A stretch of DNA of 59,665 bases, filler included, from Jimgerdemannia flammicorona (Eukaryota): NCBI GenBank assembly GCA_003990765.1. It is 3 parts of 3 records of this genome, joined end to end, with 100 filler letters (N's around TTAATTAATTAA, not from the genome) between each part and the next. Parts side by side here need not be neighbours in the genome. Positions count along the whole stretch, not along the records: positions 19,924 to 39,744 come from RBNJ01001844.1; 2 more parts are not named here. One strand, written 5' to 3'. How positions within the stretch are numbered: position 1 is the first letter of the stretch; each line of letters begins with the position of its first letter. The notes beneath the pieces are model-generated. The model made no database searches. It saw only the letters and a program-made list of their open reading frames with translations, and was not told the origin of the DNA. Below are positions 23,605-36,600 of the stretch, piece after piece. A program made the translations under genes and the position numbers.

Positions 23605-26600
23605 CTGGGAGAGCAAGCTTTGTAGAGATGGTGAAGGGGAGACAGCAGGCATCAGGGCTAGAGGGCTGGCTGAGGAGGGGCAAGAAAACTGAGAAGATAG
23701 CAGTGTGTGGGAGAGTAGCCCTTGAAAGGGAGGGCAGTGGAGCTGGAAGAGTAGCAGCTGGGGGGAGTGTGACTACTGATGGTGATGGGACTGCCAATCT
23801 GGAAAAAAATCCAGATGTGATAGCTGATAGTGAGGCTGAGCAGCTGAGGCTTGGAAGACAAGGAGATTTGGCAGATGGTGTAATGGGCCTAGTGGTGGCC
23901 CCATTACTCAAAAAATCAATCTCAGTATTCATGGTTATACTATGCTTCCAGGGCTTAGCAGTGATGATAAAAATGGTACTGGGGCTCATTGCTAAGCAGG
24001 TGGCAGGAGCTGTATCAGTGAAGTTTTTGAAGGAACTGAAGGGAGTAGAGGTGGGTTTTGAGGAGGTGGAGTCACTGGAGGAGATGCTGAAGATTGGATT
24101 GGTAGTTAGAGAGATGTGTGTTCTGATGGCATGTTGTCTAAAGTGGAATCCCAGGGTGGTCCAACTGCTGGTGAAAGGAGTGCCTATAGTGATAGTAGTA
24201 GAGATGAGGAGGAGAGTTGAGGAAGTCATGGCAGAATATAGAGAGGTGGTGGATATCAGATTCAGAGTCTGGGAAGGGACCTCACTCAGGACTGGTGATG
24301 TGGATATAAGAATTTGGCTGGCTGAGAAGGAAGCTACTGGGAAGGCAAGGGACTGGCCTTCAGTAATAGTCTGGAGAGCGATCTTATACAAGATAACAAG
24401 AGTGAAGAGAAGTGAGAAGGAGGAGGAGGATTTATTGGAAGTGCTAGAAGAGTTGAGTGGTGCTGTAGAGAGGTGAGTGAAGGCTTGGAAGGCCTTTGTG
24501 GAGTCAACACACTTGGAGGTAGTGGATGGAAAGCGGATTCAAGTGGACAAGAAGTAGTGGGAAAGGGCTCAGAGACATAAGAGACAGAAGGAGCTGCTGG
24601 CTAAGCTAAAAAACAGACCACTGGAGGATGTGAGCAAGATGAAGGGCACAGGGGGGGCCAAAGCGAGTGTCTGGGCCAGTGAGGGGGGGGGAGAAGGCCA
24701 GGAAGGAGGCAGGGGAGGACAAGGTGAAGCCTGGTAATGACCCATATACTGATGGTATACTGGAGGTTTGGGAGGTGGACTGGGAGGACTCCCCTACTCC
24801 TATCCCTCTTATTAGGTGAGGTCTGGCTTCCTGAAACAGAATGGTGGAGGATGTGCCAATACAGAGAGCCCAGAGGGTACAATTCGGAGTTCCAGAGGTG
24901 ACATATGGGAGACAGGTGGTAGTGGCTGGAGAGGAGGAACTGGTGGATGTCTTGGACGTATGGAATGAGTCTGCAAGCACTGGAGCTGACACTACAATGC
25001 TGGATGGAGAGAGGCCAGTGACTCCAGGTGGGAAGGAGGTGGGGAACCTACTTTGGATATACCAGATGATGAATAACCTGGTAGTAGAAGAGTTGGAGGA
25101 GGTGGACTTATGAGTGATGAGTGATGAGCATTGGGCAAGGATACTGCAGGGGAATGGTATGATGAAGGCATTGAAGACAGAAATTCTTATGGTGTACTTG
25201 GAGGAGGAAGGGTATGAGATAGATAAGAAGAGGGAGGCAGAGATAGTGGTCATTGCTGGGGAGAGGGCTGAATACTGCTGGAACAAGCATCATGGATTGC
25301 AGCTCTGGCAGGAGGCATGCCTAGAATACTGAGAGGAGTTTGAGGAGAAGGCAGATGGAGAGATGAATGATCTGCTGGCTGGATTGGAGACTCAGAGGGC
25401 TGAAGAGGAGGAGGTGGCTGTGGAATATAATCTGGACATGGCACAGAAGGAGATGAATATAGAGCAGTAAAGATCGATTGATAACATAACATATTTCATT
25501 ATGAACAGTACAACTAATATTTTTTCTTTAAACATGAATGGGTTATGGGGCACAGCTAGATGTAGGAACATTTTTACTTGGATGAAGAAATTAGAGGCTG
25601 ATCTCTTCCTCTTGCAGGATGTCAGGTATGAGTAGTGCTCCCAACGAATTGAATCAAGGATCCAATTCGATTCAATTTGAATCGAATCAAAGGTCCAATT
25701 CGATTCGAAGTTTGATTCGAACCTTAATTTTCAAAATGTAATAACTCGACGAAAACTCATCCAAATTTAACATATTTTAGCTTGTTAGATTCACCGTATT
25801 AATGTGATTATAACAAGCTAAAGTACGTTAGATTTGGATGAGTTTACGCTGAGTTATTGCATTTTGAAAATTAGGGTTCGAATCAGACCCTCAATTTGAT
25901 TTGACTTTTGATTTGATTCAAATTGATTCAAATTGAAAAATCCCCAATTCGATTCAACTCATTTAACCCTCAATTTGATTTGATTCGAATTGATTCGACT
26001 TGTTTGGGAGTACTAGATATGAGGATGATACTGATAAGAGAGAATGGACAAAGGAATGGGGAGGGATGGTGATTTAGAAGGGCAAGGTTGGGATTCTGGT
26101 TCAGAAAGGCAGAGGGGAGATACAGGATGTGAGGAGCTGGGGGGAGAGACTGGTCTGGGGTGAGTGGATTCATGCAGGCTGGGAACCAGTTACAGTGGGT
26201 TCCTGTTACTGCTCTGCTGTATGGGGTGAGTATATAGATTGGGTGAAAGGTCTACAAGAGAGTGGGATTCTTGCAGAGGCTGGAGTGGATATGCTTGGGG
26301 GAGATTTCAATATGGTTTGGGACCTACTGGTGGATAGAACAGATAGAGAATGGGGTGCTGAGAGCAAGAGTAGAGGGCTGGCAGCATGGGAGGAAGTAGA
26401 AAGACTAAGTGTGCTGGTAGATGCTGGTAGGGAATACTGGGGAGATAAGAGGGTCTATATACATTGGGCAGGGGGCCTGGGGACAAGGATCAACTGGATT
26501 CTGATGGCCAGTTGCTGGGGCCTAGATGTTTGGAAGTCACTGGAGGTGGAATGGTGTCCATGGTCAGATCACAGAGGGCTTTTGGGACAGGGGTACTTTG

Positions 26601-29592
26601 GGGGAAGTGGGGATGGGTCTGGATATTGATGTCTAAATTCCTCCTTGTTGAATGACAAGACCCAGTGGAATGAGTGGGCTAAAGACATTCAGCTGAGGGT
26701 GGAGAACTGGCAGCAGGAAGGTGCATCAGTTGGGGTTTGGTAAATGAGGATAAAGGAGAGGGCCAAGATTTACTAGAGTGAGGCTAGCAAGGAGGCAGGA
26801 AAGCAGAGAAGGTGAAGAGTGCATTGGGCTTCTACTAGATTGGCTAGACTCCTAGAGGAGGAGACAAGGCTGATAATGTTGGAGGGAGAAGAAGGTTGAA
26901 GATTAATGAGGGTGAAGATAGAGGTTGGAGAACTACAACAACTGTGGGAAGAGGAAGAGGCAAGGGTACAAAGCTTGGCAATGCAGCTTTGTTAGCAGGA
27001 TCTGGAGGAAGGGGAGAGGCCTTCCAAGTTTCTTATGAGGGCCCTTAGGGTAAGAAGGGTATAGCAATGATGGGAAGGGGTACTTGACTCAGATGGTATA
27101 CTAGTGCATGGTATACAGGACATTCTTAGATTATTGAAGGAGTAATGGAGTGGATTGTGGAGTGAGGAGAAGGGTGGGACAGATGCTGCTGCCATTGATC
27201 AAACATTAGAGGATTGGCATCCACCATAAGTAGAGGGGCTAGGTGACCTAGTGATGCCTGTACAGGAGGATGAGATCTACCAGATTCTTGCTGTGACAAT
27301 ACCAGGTATGGCACCTGGGGAGGATGGTCTGCCCTGGGACTTCTGGAAGCAAATGGTTGGAGTCCCAGGTATGATAAGAGAGATGACAGTATTGTGTGAC
27401 TTTATCCTACAGATAGGGAGATGGGTGGGGGAGCAGAATTTTGGACTGGTGACACTGCTTTATAAGAACAAAGAAAGGTATGAGGATTGGAAGAACTGGC
27501 AACTGATAATGTTGCTAGATATGGATAGAAAGTTGGTGACTAAGGTGGTGGTTGCAAGACTACAGAAGGTGGCCCAGCAAGTCATGGATATTGAGCAGAG
27601 GGGATTTGTGGGTAATCGGCTCATTAGAGATAGCATAGTCTAGGTATATGGAGTTATTGAAGGGGCAAGGACCTGTGGACTAGATGGGTGACTAGTCTTC
27701 TTGGACCAAGAGAAGGCTTATAACTGAGTGCGATGAGTCTGGCTGGTGAAAGTATTGGATAGAATGGGGGTTCCATGTCAATTTCAGTCAGCAATGATCA
27801 GCCTACTAGAAGGAAGTAGGGCTGCCCTCATGTATAATAGACATAGAGGGGTAGCATTCCCCTTAGGTAGGGGGGTGCCCCAGGGGGACCCACTGTCTCT
27901 CATTTTGTATACTCTTTTCCTGGAACCCCTAATAGACAAAATTAGGTAGAGAATAGTGGGGCTCTCTATCTTTGACATTGGATGGAAAGTTGGGGCCTTT
28001 GCAGATGATATGGTGGTTGGTTTGGGATCAATCACTGATATCGAGGAGCTAAAGAAGACAGTGGAGTGGTATGAGGAGAACTCTGGGGCTAAGCTGAATT
28101 GGCACAAGTATGAAACAATGATACTAGGTAATGGCCTGGTGAGAGAGGAGGTTATAGGAACAATCGTCCCTACCAGTGAGACAGTGTGGTACTTGGGCAT
28201 CTATTTGTTAGTCTATGGGTCAGTTCTGCCCAGGCTTTGGTGGGAACAGAGAATTGGAATCTGGGAGGAGGCTCTGCAGGGTTAGGGGGGAAGATACTTT
28301 TCTCTGGTGAGGCAGGTCTCAATTTTGAATGTCCACTGGCTGCCAAAGCTGTGGTATCTGGCTTATCATCTGGACTTCCCAGTCTGGGTGGTGAAGAGAT
28401 TGATGAAGTTGGCAAGGGATGGATTTGGGCTGGCAGGCAGAGTCAGATTGGTTGGGAGACCTTGTCCTTACCAGTGGCGAGAGGTGGTCTTGGGCTGGTT
28501 GACTTTCCAAAATAGTTATACTGCTTGAGAGCATGGTGGCTAAAGAGGGCAGTGGAGTTGAGAGGAGATGGTTGGGTTCCCCTGCTGCAGAAGATCTGGG
28601 AGAGGTGGTCATCACTAAGAGGTTTGACTGGTGATCTCCTCTCATTGGTTGGACTTTGGAACACTGATATAAAGGATTTTGGTGGGGGATAGTGGAGGGG
28701 GTGTACTACATTGGAATTCATTAGCAGGGGAATGAAGGGAAGGTGGCCTGAGATCTGATAATGTGGAGATAGGATCATATACTGCTTGGTGGCACTTCTT
28801 TAATTGAGTTTGACATTGGTGATGGAATGGAATACCAAAGGAGACTGGGTCAAGATCTGTGGCCTAGCAGTTGGCAAGGAGTTGGAATTGGCAAAGAGTG
28901 GAACTGGTATAGTGTTTGGACCTGGAGTGCCATAGTGAGAAAGTAGATGCCACCAAAGTACTGGGTAGTCTGGTGGTATATGCTGTAGAGGAATATAATG
29001 CTCAACTTCTGCTCAGGGCACCTTATAATAGGGGGTTGCTTTGACTGTAAGGAGTGTCATAATGTAGGACAGAAAGGGGGTTATATACAGATGCCAGAAC
29101 ATTGGCTAGGAGAGTGTGAGGTATTGGGGGACTTTTGGCAGACTATTGGAGATCACTTGGGTGTAAGGTGTAGGGGAGATGAAGTACAGGGGAGGTGGGA
29201 GGACTTAAGGGATCAATTGGTAGGGGGGAAGGAAAGAAGTAGCTTATCTTAGGCTGGACTTTGGCTATTTGAGTGGGACTGGCTAGTCACTGGCTATTTG
29301 TTTTTGAGGATGGGAGGAGACAGGGCTTGGGAGACTGATTGTTGTGATGGCATAGTCTTATGGAAGACATCTTGACTGGCTGGTGGCTTGGTTGGGGGCT
29401 GCAGGGTGGTTGGAGGCACCACTTGATAGAGAAAATTTATGAACAGAGTGAGGGGTGAGTTGGAGTAGTTGGTAAGAAGGTGATCTTTATCTGTAAGAAG
29501 GTGGGGAGGGGCTCCCCTATGGGGATTGGGTAGTGGGTGGTGATAATATATACTTATTCATAGACTGGTAATAAAGATAGAGTCTAAGTGAC

Positions 29593-29641
<49 letters not shown>
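23605..29641 (+). mobile_element. LINE copy L3 (ORF1 to 25470, ORF2 25501-29483, poly(A) tail), inserted into hAT copy 1
   Basis: Colinear with L1; GRGVPQGDPLS, AFADD; AATAAA at 29570; poly(A) 29596-29641. Confidence 0.93.
25633..26015. mobile_element. hAT-type MITE
   Basis: TAGTGCTCCC...GGGAGTACTA TIRs; 8-bp TSD ggtatgag/gatatgag; homologous to 7657-8080. Confidence 0.92.
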
Positions 29642-29644
<3 letters not shown>

Positions 29645-30392
29645 ATATACAAGATTCTGTACCCCTACCAGAACTTTAAAAGTACCATCAAAGAGCAAAC
29701 TGCGTATGAGCATGATATGGCCTGTGTGGCAATAGCAGCTATGATCTGGGGTTCTTTGAGCAGATTGGTGGAGCATATGGCAGGTCAGCTTGGTGGTGAT
29801 CTCAGTGTAGCTATACATACATTCTTAGTGCAATTTAGCATACTATATGAGGTAAAGAGCTCTGCTTTTTTGGAGTACTACAGCCCAGAGGAATTCTGTG
29901 GCCCAGGGGGTTTCTGTGGCCTGGGGGGTTTCTGCCTCTCCATATGCAAAAAGGACTGACCAGTTGCCATCCGTTTTAACAGATTTCCAAGCCAGGGCTC
30001 CTAGGGCTAGACTAAGAGCAGGCATCCACCAGCACAGCCTAGCAGTATGAGGTCCTGGTCCAAGGGTTCACCTAACCATACACTTATATTATATCAGGAT
30101 ATGTTGGGCACAATATTTTTCTGCCTACACACATAGACAATAATGTCACTCTGGTAATATTTTACATCTCAGAAAGGAAGGGCCCAATCTGGAAGGATAG
30201 CAGAAGAGTCTGGTATGACCTTATCTACAGTTTCAGGGTCCCATTTGCAGCCAACATGGCCATCCTCTTCCAACCACACAACTACCATGGCACTATCACC
30301 TTCAAGAGAGCTTGGATACAACAGTTGTCACACTCACAATGGATGATAGGCTCATCAAGGCCTGGGACTGGTGGGTGGAGCAGTTTTTGTAA
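29642..30392 (+). pseudogene. Putative 2OG-Fe(II) dioxygenase (TET/JBP-like), last two exons, hAT copy 1
   Basis: Phase-0 GT-AG intron 29852-29982 with CTGAC branch site; H-I-D at 30130-30138 and ILFQPHNY-H-GT with His at 30286. Confidence 0.6.
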
Positions 30393-31450
30393 GGGTTAGG
30401 CAATCTTTCACAAGAGATAGGCAGTCTTTTGTGAGAGTTAGGCAGTCATTTTGTGTGAGTTGGGCAGTTATTTTATATAGGTTGGGCAGTCTTATGTGGG
30501 GGGTTGGGCCAGGTACTTCTTCTGTAGTACTAACTTAGCCTTTATGCAAGGCCCTACTGACCCCTTAGCTCTGCTCTGCAGTGCCACTGGTGTAGTGCTG
30601 CAGCACAGGGCCAGGGTGCCCATGGGACTCGAACCAGTGACAGGGTCTGAACCTGTGGTGGACTTTGATCACCAGAAGTACTCTCCAACCACCGGAAATG
30701 CCCTCTGACCACCAGAAGTACCCTCTGACCACCAGAAGCACCCTCCAACTGCCAGAAGTACTCTCTGCCCCAGACTCCTTGGTGGCTTGGGGCTGCCCCT
30801 ATGCTACTAGCAGAGGGCTACAAATTTTGCATACTCTCTCCACCTGCCTTGCCTGTCCTGGACACTTGCAGCTTAGGACTGCTCCTTGCTGCTGATGGAG
30901 GGCTGCAAATTTTATGTGCTCCCTCACTGACCCCATGCCTACCAACCCCACTGACTGACCCTGCCCACTGACCTGGGCACTGACAGCTTGGGGCTACCTC
31001 TTACTACTGGTAGAGGGCCATAAATTTTGCATGCTCCCTCCACCTGCCCTACCCATCCCAGACACTTGCAGCTTGGGGCTGCTCCTTTCTGCCAGTGGAG
31101 GGCTGCAAATTTTGCATGCTCCCTCTACTGACTCTACACCCACCAACTCTGCCGACCAACCCCACCCACTGACCTGGATGCTGACAGCTTGGGGCAACTC
31201 CTTACTGTTGGCAGAGGGCTGCAAGTTTTGCGTACTCTCTCTGCCAACTCCCCCAACTGAGACACTTGCAGCTTGGGGCTGCATCTTGCTGCTGGCAGAG
31301 GGCCATAAATTTTACATGCTCCCTCTACTGACCCACCCACTGACCTGGGCACTGATAGCTTGGGGCTGCCCCTTGCTACTGGTGGAGGACTGCAAATATT
31401 GCGTACTCCCTCTGTCACTGTCACCAACTCTGCTGACTGCTGGCCACTTG
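30385..31450. repeat. Internal repeat block of hAT copy 1: two ~20-bp minisatellites and ~7 palindromic units
   Basis: GTTGGGCAGTC-type and CCAGAAGTACCCTC-type tandem units, then repeated AGAGGGCTGCAAATTTTGCATGCTCCCTCT. Confidence 0.8.
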
Positions 31451-31568
31451 GGCTGCAGACTCCAGGCCAAGTCCTTAGGGTTTTTTATCTTTTTATTATT
31501 TTTGAAAGGTATTAAATATTCCACAAGGCCAACCAACTTATTCGCAAACCCCCAGGACCTGCCAAATT

Positions 31569-34160
31569 TTAGCGGCCTGAGCCCCACTAAGACTTTAGAC
31601 ACATACATGCCCAGATTGTCTCAGCATTCAGTGCACATCTCTTTGGGGTAATGAGGTCCACCCTATCTGAGAACACCTGCTCGATAGGAGCACTGGAGGC
31701 AGGAATTGCCAGGTAGTCTCAAGCTATACCACACAGGCTGGGGAAGTCTGTTTGATACAGCTGTATACCCTGGTGAGTAGAGCAGTGGTTAGATTGGTGA
31801 GTTAAATTAGCCCAACACCCACCTGACAATGCCCACCTGACAACCCACCTTCCACTAGTTGAGTACCTCCACATCCTCCAGTAGGATCACACAGTTGCTG
31901 GTAAGATAAATGGTAAGTTCATCTATTGATGGCAGCTCTTCCACTGATGGCTCCCTCTTCCTCTTTCTGCTGAAGTAAATGTGAGACAGGAGGGATCCCT
32001 CAGCATATTTGTCCAGACTTCAGCCGAAACCTTGTGGTGGTGTATAGTTTTTCTGGTATACTTCGATTACAGCCTGCTTGATTCTCTCAATGAAGTACTG
32101 CTCCCAGCTCTGATCTTTATGGTATTGTAGCTTTAAGTGTGGGTCCAGCACTGTTCAAAAAAGAGAAGAGAGTGAGTTTTTGTAGGGGTTTCTCTGTTTT
32201 GGAAGGGGCAACAGCTATACACCAACATTGACATACTTATACTGATTGAGTATATAGCAGTATCTGTTTAGGAGTAGTACTTTCTGAGCTTACTAAGAGC
32301 AACCTCCATAGCATCTCTCTGATCTGGGCTTAACTGTAAATTACCATAACCCTCCAGCCTGTCCTCAAGCTTGTCCTCTAGCTGGTCAATTAGAAGGTTG
32401 TATACTGGTATTGTCAAGCTTATTGTCAGGGTCATTTGTTTGACTATATCTTTTATACAATTGTCAAAACACTGGTAGTTATATGTAGTGAGGTGTTGCA
32501 TTATACAGAGGCAGACAAAATGAGTGTGGAGCCAGAGCAATCACTACTTACTTCCAAAACTCTGACAATATTTCTAAGTATGTCCCACTCACTTTTACCT
32601 AGAGCCTCGGCCTGTATTTCCTTGTCAGCAGCCACTGTTGAATCTATTGGCTTTTTTTTGTTTTTTTTTTTTAAAATAAATCTTCAATCATCTGAAATAA
32701 GTTACTTCAGCTGAATGAAGAAAAAAAGAATGCATACCACAGCAAACTCCAGTGTACACTGGATCATTGCAAATGTTGAGTTCCAATGCATACAGACATC
32801 CAATATAAGCTCTTTCAGGACTAAACTGATTGCCCTACACTGTGTAGCAAATTTGTCTCATCATTGTGGAGACAATCAGACTGATATAACCAGGTTGCAC
32901 AGCTTGGAAATTATACTCAGGGCCCCACCTCTCTTGGATGTTTTGTCTATATGCATAAGATAGTTCTGAACAGCAAGGTTCAGTACATGGGCCTGGCATC
33001 ATACATAGTAGCTTTCTGTACCAAAGGCTATATTTTTCTGTTTGAGGCTGGCCACTAAAACTTTAAAAAATATTGAGTTGTTTGTGGCATTATCTGTCAT
33101 AATGGCCAAAATCTGTACTTGAAATATTTGGTTGATGAATTTATGTGAAAATAAATAACCAATAAAATCTGGTTTATTTTAGGACTTTTCTCAAAATGCC
33201 GACCTGATGGCAAGTCCCCCTTTTTTACCTTGGTTGTGATTCCAAGCTCCCAGATACAACTAATAAAAGCATCTGCAATATTGTCTCCAGAATGAGGGCC
33301 AGCAAGTTTGACAAAGTCAAGGGTGAGAGATTTAAGCTGCCAATCAAGATCAATCCAATGACTGGTAATGCCCAGAAATGAAATTACATTAGGGGATGTC
33401 CATGTATCGATTGTAAATGAAATTTTGCCTGCTGAATTCTGCTTATTGAATGTGAGGTTAAATTGGTGAGCTCTTTTTATATAATTTAGCTTGCAAAGGT
33501 CATGATGCTGCCCTTATTTTACCTGAAGTATCTGGTAGAGATTGTTGTGCTTCTTCCTATAGACCTCCAGGGTATCTTTGCGAATAGTATTGGCACTTGG
33601 CAAATATAAATCATGCTTGAGGAGGCCAAAGATGCTATGCAATTGATCACTCTCGATGGTTGTGAATGGCTGGTCTGTGTACACAATCCAGTGAATGAGC
33701 CGATTTCGAAATTCTGCTAAAGAGTATGGCTAAATATTTTTAATTAAATGGTGTTGTTGGTACAGAAATGGTCAGGCAATCAGATAAACATACCTACCAC
33801 AGCTTGGATGTTGATTTTATTTATCTCTGTGTTCTTTTTTATTTTGTCAGAGTGCTTGTCTTTTATATATATATTGATTCATGTTTGAAGTCATACCCCT
33901 AAGCATTTTGAACTTCTGGCTGGTGTAGTTTATAGAGGTGGATGAAACAATATCATGTGTGTGTCAAAACAAACAAAAAGTGTCAATAGGTATATCTTAA
34001 TTTTTTACCTACAATAATTATAAATAACATCATCTCCTATCTTAGTATAATGTTACCAGATTTCAGAGCAAGGATTGTATAGAAGGTGTGGAACTATCAG
34101 GGATGATTGACTTAAAGCATCATTGGTACTGTGAACTATTGAAGACTGATCTGTTGACAT
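31569..34160 (-). pseudogene. hAT transposase, intron-containing (copy 1)
   Basis: BED-like SEIWxHY; DQPFTTIES; SFTIDTWTS; GPHSGDNIA; TDNATNN; CQAHVLNL; WNST; LDP; DYLAIPASSAPIEQVFS. Confidence 0.92.
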
Positions 34161-34259
34161 GTATATTTGTGTGTTTGCATGTGCATATGTATACATGTGT
34201 GTGTATTGTATATGCATGTATATAGTATATTGTATTGTAGATGTGTCCAGTATATGAGT

Positions 34260-34546
34260 CATGTGGAGGATTTGGATTAGAGGATTCAGTTGAAGGATTT
34301 GGATGAGGATTTGGATTGAAGGATTTAAATTAGAGGATTTGAATTGGAGGATTTGAATTGGAGGATTCAGATTGAGTGATTCAGATTGAGTGATTCAGAT
34401 TAGAGTGGTTCAGATGGGTAATTCAGATAGAGCAATTTAGATGGGACAATTCAGATTAATCCAAGTTGATTCGGATGGCTTCAGATTTGAGATTTGGATC
34501 AAACCATCATGTGATGAATTGAATCTGGATTTGATTTGAATTGACT
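34260..34546. repeat. hAT subterminal repeats
   Basis: Tandem GATTCAGATTGA / GGATTTGAATT units next to the TIR; equivalent array at 57700-57955. Confidence 0.8.
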
Positions 34547-34649
34547 CATTCAGAGTACTATAAATTACTCAAGATAATATATAAATATACTACTCTGGAG
34601 AGTTGAAGATATCATATACAAACTACCTGAGTGAAGAATGTAGCCTACA

Positions 34650-36600
34650 CCTTTCTCTGGTAACATTTGGATTATACAAATCTCTGGCATACTTAAGGTA
34701 TTATTTTTGGAGAATAGGTAAGCAATATGACAACTGATGAGCATTCTAAGTATATGCTAGATAGGGTAGCTCTAGTGTATTCAACTGGCAGCACATGAGG
34801 AGAAGTCATGGCTTGGAGGGAAGTATACAAGGCTTATTGGCTAGAGGATGTGAAAGGAGAGGAGGTAGTATTGAGAGATAGAGATCTGGAAAAATGAGCT
34901 TTGTGGACAAGATAAAGGAGGGACATCTGATGACTGGATTGGAGAGCTGGCTGAGAAAGAACAAGGAGATGGCAAGAGCTCTGATGGAGTAGCTCATAGT
35001 AGTGAGAGCAGTAGGGCTGGGAGAGTAGTGGCTAGAGAGAGTGGGACTACTAATAGTAAGAAGACTGCTAATCTAAAAAAAAAATCCAGATATAATAGTT
35101 GATAGTGAATCTGAATAGAGAGTGGACACAAGGCCCAGAGATCTGATAGATAGTGTAATGGGCCTAGTGGTAGTACTATTACTCAAGAAATCAAGATCAG
35201 AATTTGCTATTACATTATATTTCTGAGGCTTAGTAATAATAGTAAAGATAATTCTGGAACTTCTGGCTCAAGAAGTGAAGATAGCAGTATTAGTGAAGTT
35301 TTTGAAGGATCTGAAAGGGGTGGAGATGGGCTTTGAGAAAGAAGATATACTATTGAAAGTGATAGAGAAGAGAGTGGTGGTAGGAGAGAGTGGCAATCTC
35401 TATAACCCAGTGCTTATACTAGAATTCCTGAGTAGTACAGCTGACAGTATTGAATATTCCTATAATATTGAAGAAGATGACAAAAGGATTGATTGTGGAG
35501 GCCATTAAGGAGTATAGAGATATTATAGATATTGGGTTTCAGATCTGAGAAGGCACAGAGTTCAGGATAGGAGATATGGATATGTATCAGGATATGACTA
35601 GCAGATAAGGAAAATATAGGAAAAGTGAGAGACTGACTAGCAGTCCTCAAATGGGGACCTGTGGAGTATAAGGTCTTGAGAGTAAAAGGAATATCAGAGG
35701 AAGAAAAGGACTTGCTAGAGGCATTGGAGGATCTGGTTGAAGCTGTGGAGAGGTGGAAATTGGCCTGAAAGGAGTTTGAGGCCAAGATAGTAGTAGAGAT
35801 CATAAATAGCAAGAGAGTGTGGTTAGATTAGACAGCCTGGAAGAGAGCATAGAGGAGGTACATTCAGAAGGATCTGTTGGCTAAGTTGGGAGAGAGGGGC
35901 AGCTGGAGAGATCACTACTAAAGAAGCTAGATTAAGGGCAAGTGCCTGGGCAGGAGAGAAGAGAGTGGTATCAGTAGAGACCTCAGATGGGGAGAAGGCT
36001 CAGGGCTGAGTATCATTGTAGAGGATGTAGAGATGGCAGAAGGGGAGTACTCTCAGTATAGAGTACTAGGTGGGGCTGAAGGAGATGATAAACTGTAGAA
36101 TATGCTGAAGGAGAATTGAGATAAGTCAGTAAGAAGGAATACAGAGGGTGGGCAGATAGAAGGGGGGAAGAGAGTGGCCCAGAGAGTAGTAGAGGTAGCA
36201 GATAAGGAGAAATAGCTATAGAAAACACTTGAGAATATGGTAGCTAAGAAGCTGGAGGAGAGGACTTTTGGATACTAAGTGAGAGATACTGAAGTGAAAT
36301 TCTGCAGAGCAAGAAGGTGCTATAAAAACTCCAAGATGAGATAATGGTGACTTTGTTGAAGGCTGAGACATATCAAGTAGATGATGACAGAGAGGCAGTA
36401 CTTCTGGTAATTATAAATGACAGGGCTGTATATATGTGGGCCTAAACAAAGGGCTGATAAAGTGGCAGATAATGTGTGAGGAGTACCAGATAGAGATAGA
36501 AGCTGTGGATAGTATGGATTATCAGAAGATCTTGAAGGTATTAGAGACTTAGCAGAGAGAGATAGATGAGCTTAAGACAGAGAGGAATCTAGATAACACA
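34650..36600 (+). mobile_element. LINE copy L4 (5' end + ORF1, heavily decayed), interrupted by L5
   Basis: Shared 5' terminus CTTTCTCTGGTAACATT; ORF1 homology closest to the L6 subfamily. Confidence 0.8.

Larger units (their letters stand above)
29642..34560 (-). mobile_element. Large hAT DNA transposon, copy 1 (left part displaced by the LINE insertion)
   Basis: Terminal CATTCAGAGTACTA (34547-34560) is the inverted match of TAGTGCTCTGAATG at 44780; contains transposase; colinear with 46460-57955. Confidence 0.88.

Noticed and set aside
23580..24476. 298-aa ORF as an intact gene
   Set aside because: Chimeric: it starts in the LTR-B terminus and continues in the interrupted LINE ORF1.
29588..29959. 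Poly-lysine protein ORF
   Set aside because: LINE poly(A) tail fused by chance to an exon of the hAT cargo gene, then reading into the intron.
30780..31450. CRISPR-like palindromic repeat-spacer array
   Set aside because: Spacers are mutually similar and variable in length, there are no cas genes, and the context is inside a eukaryotic hAT element.
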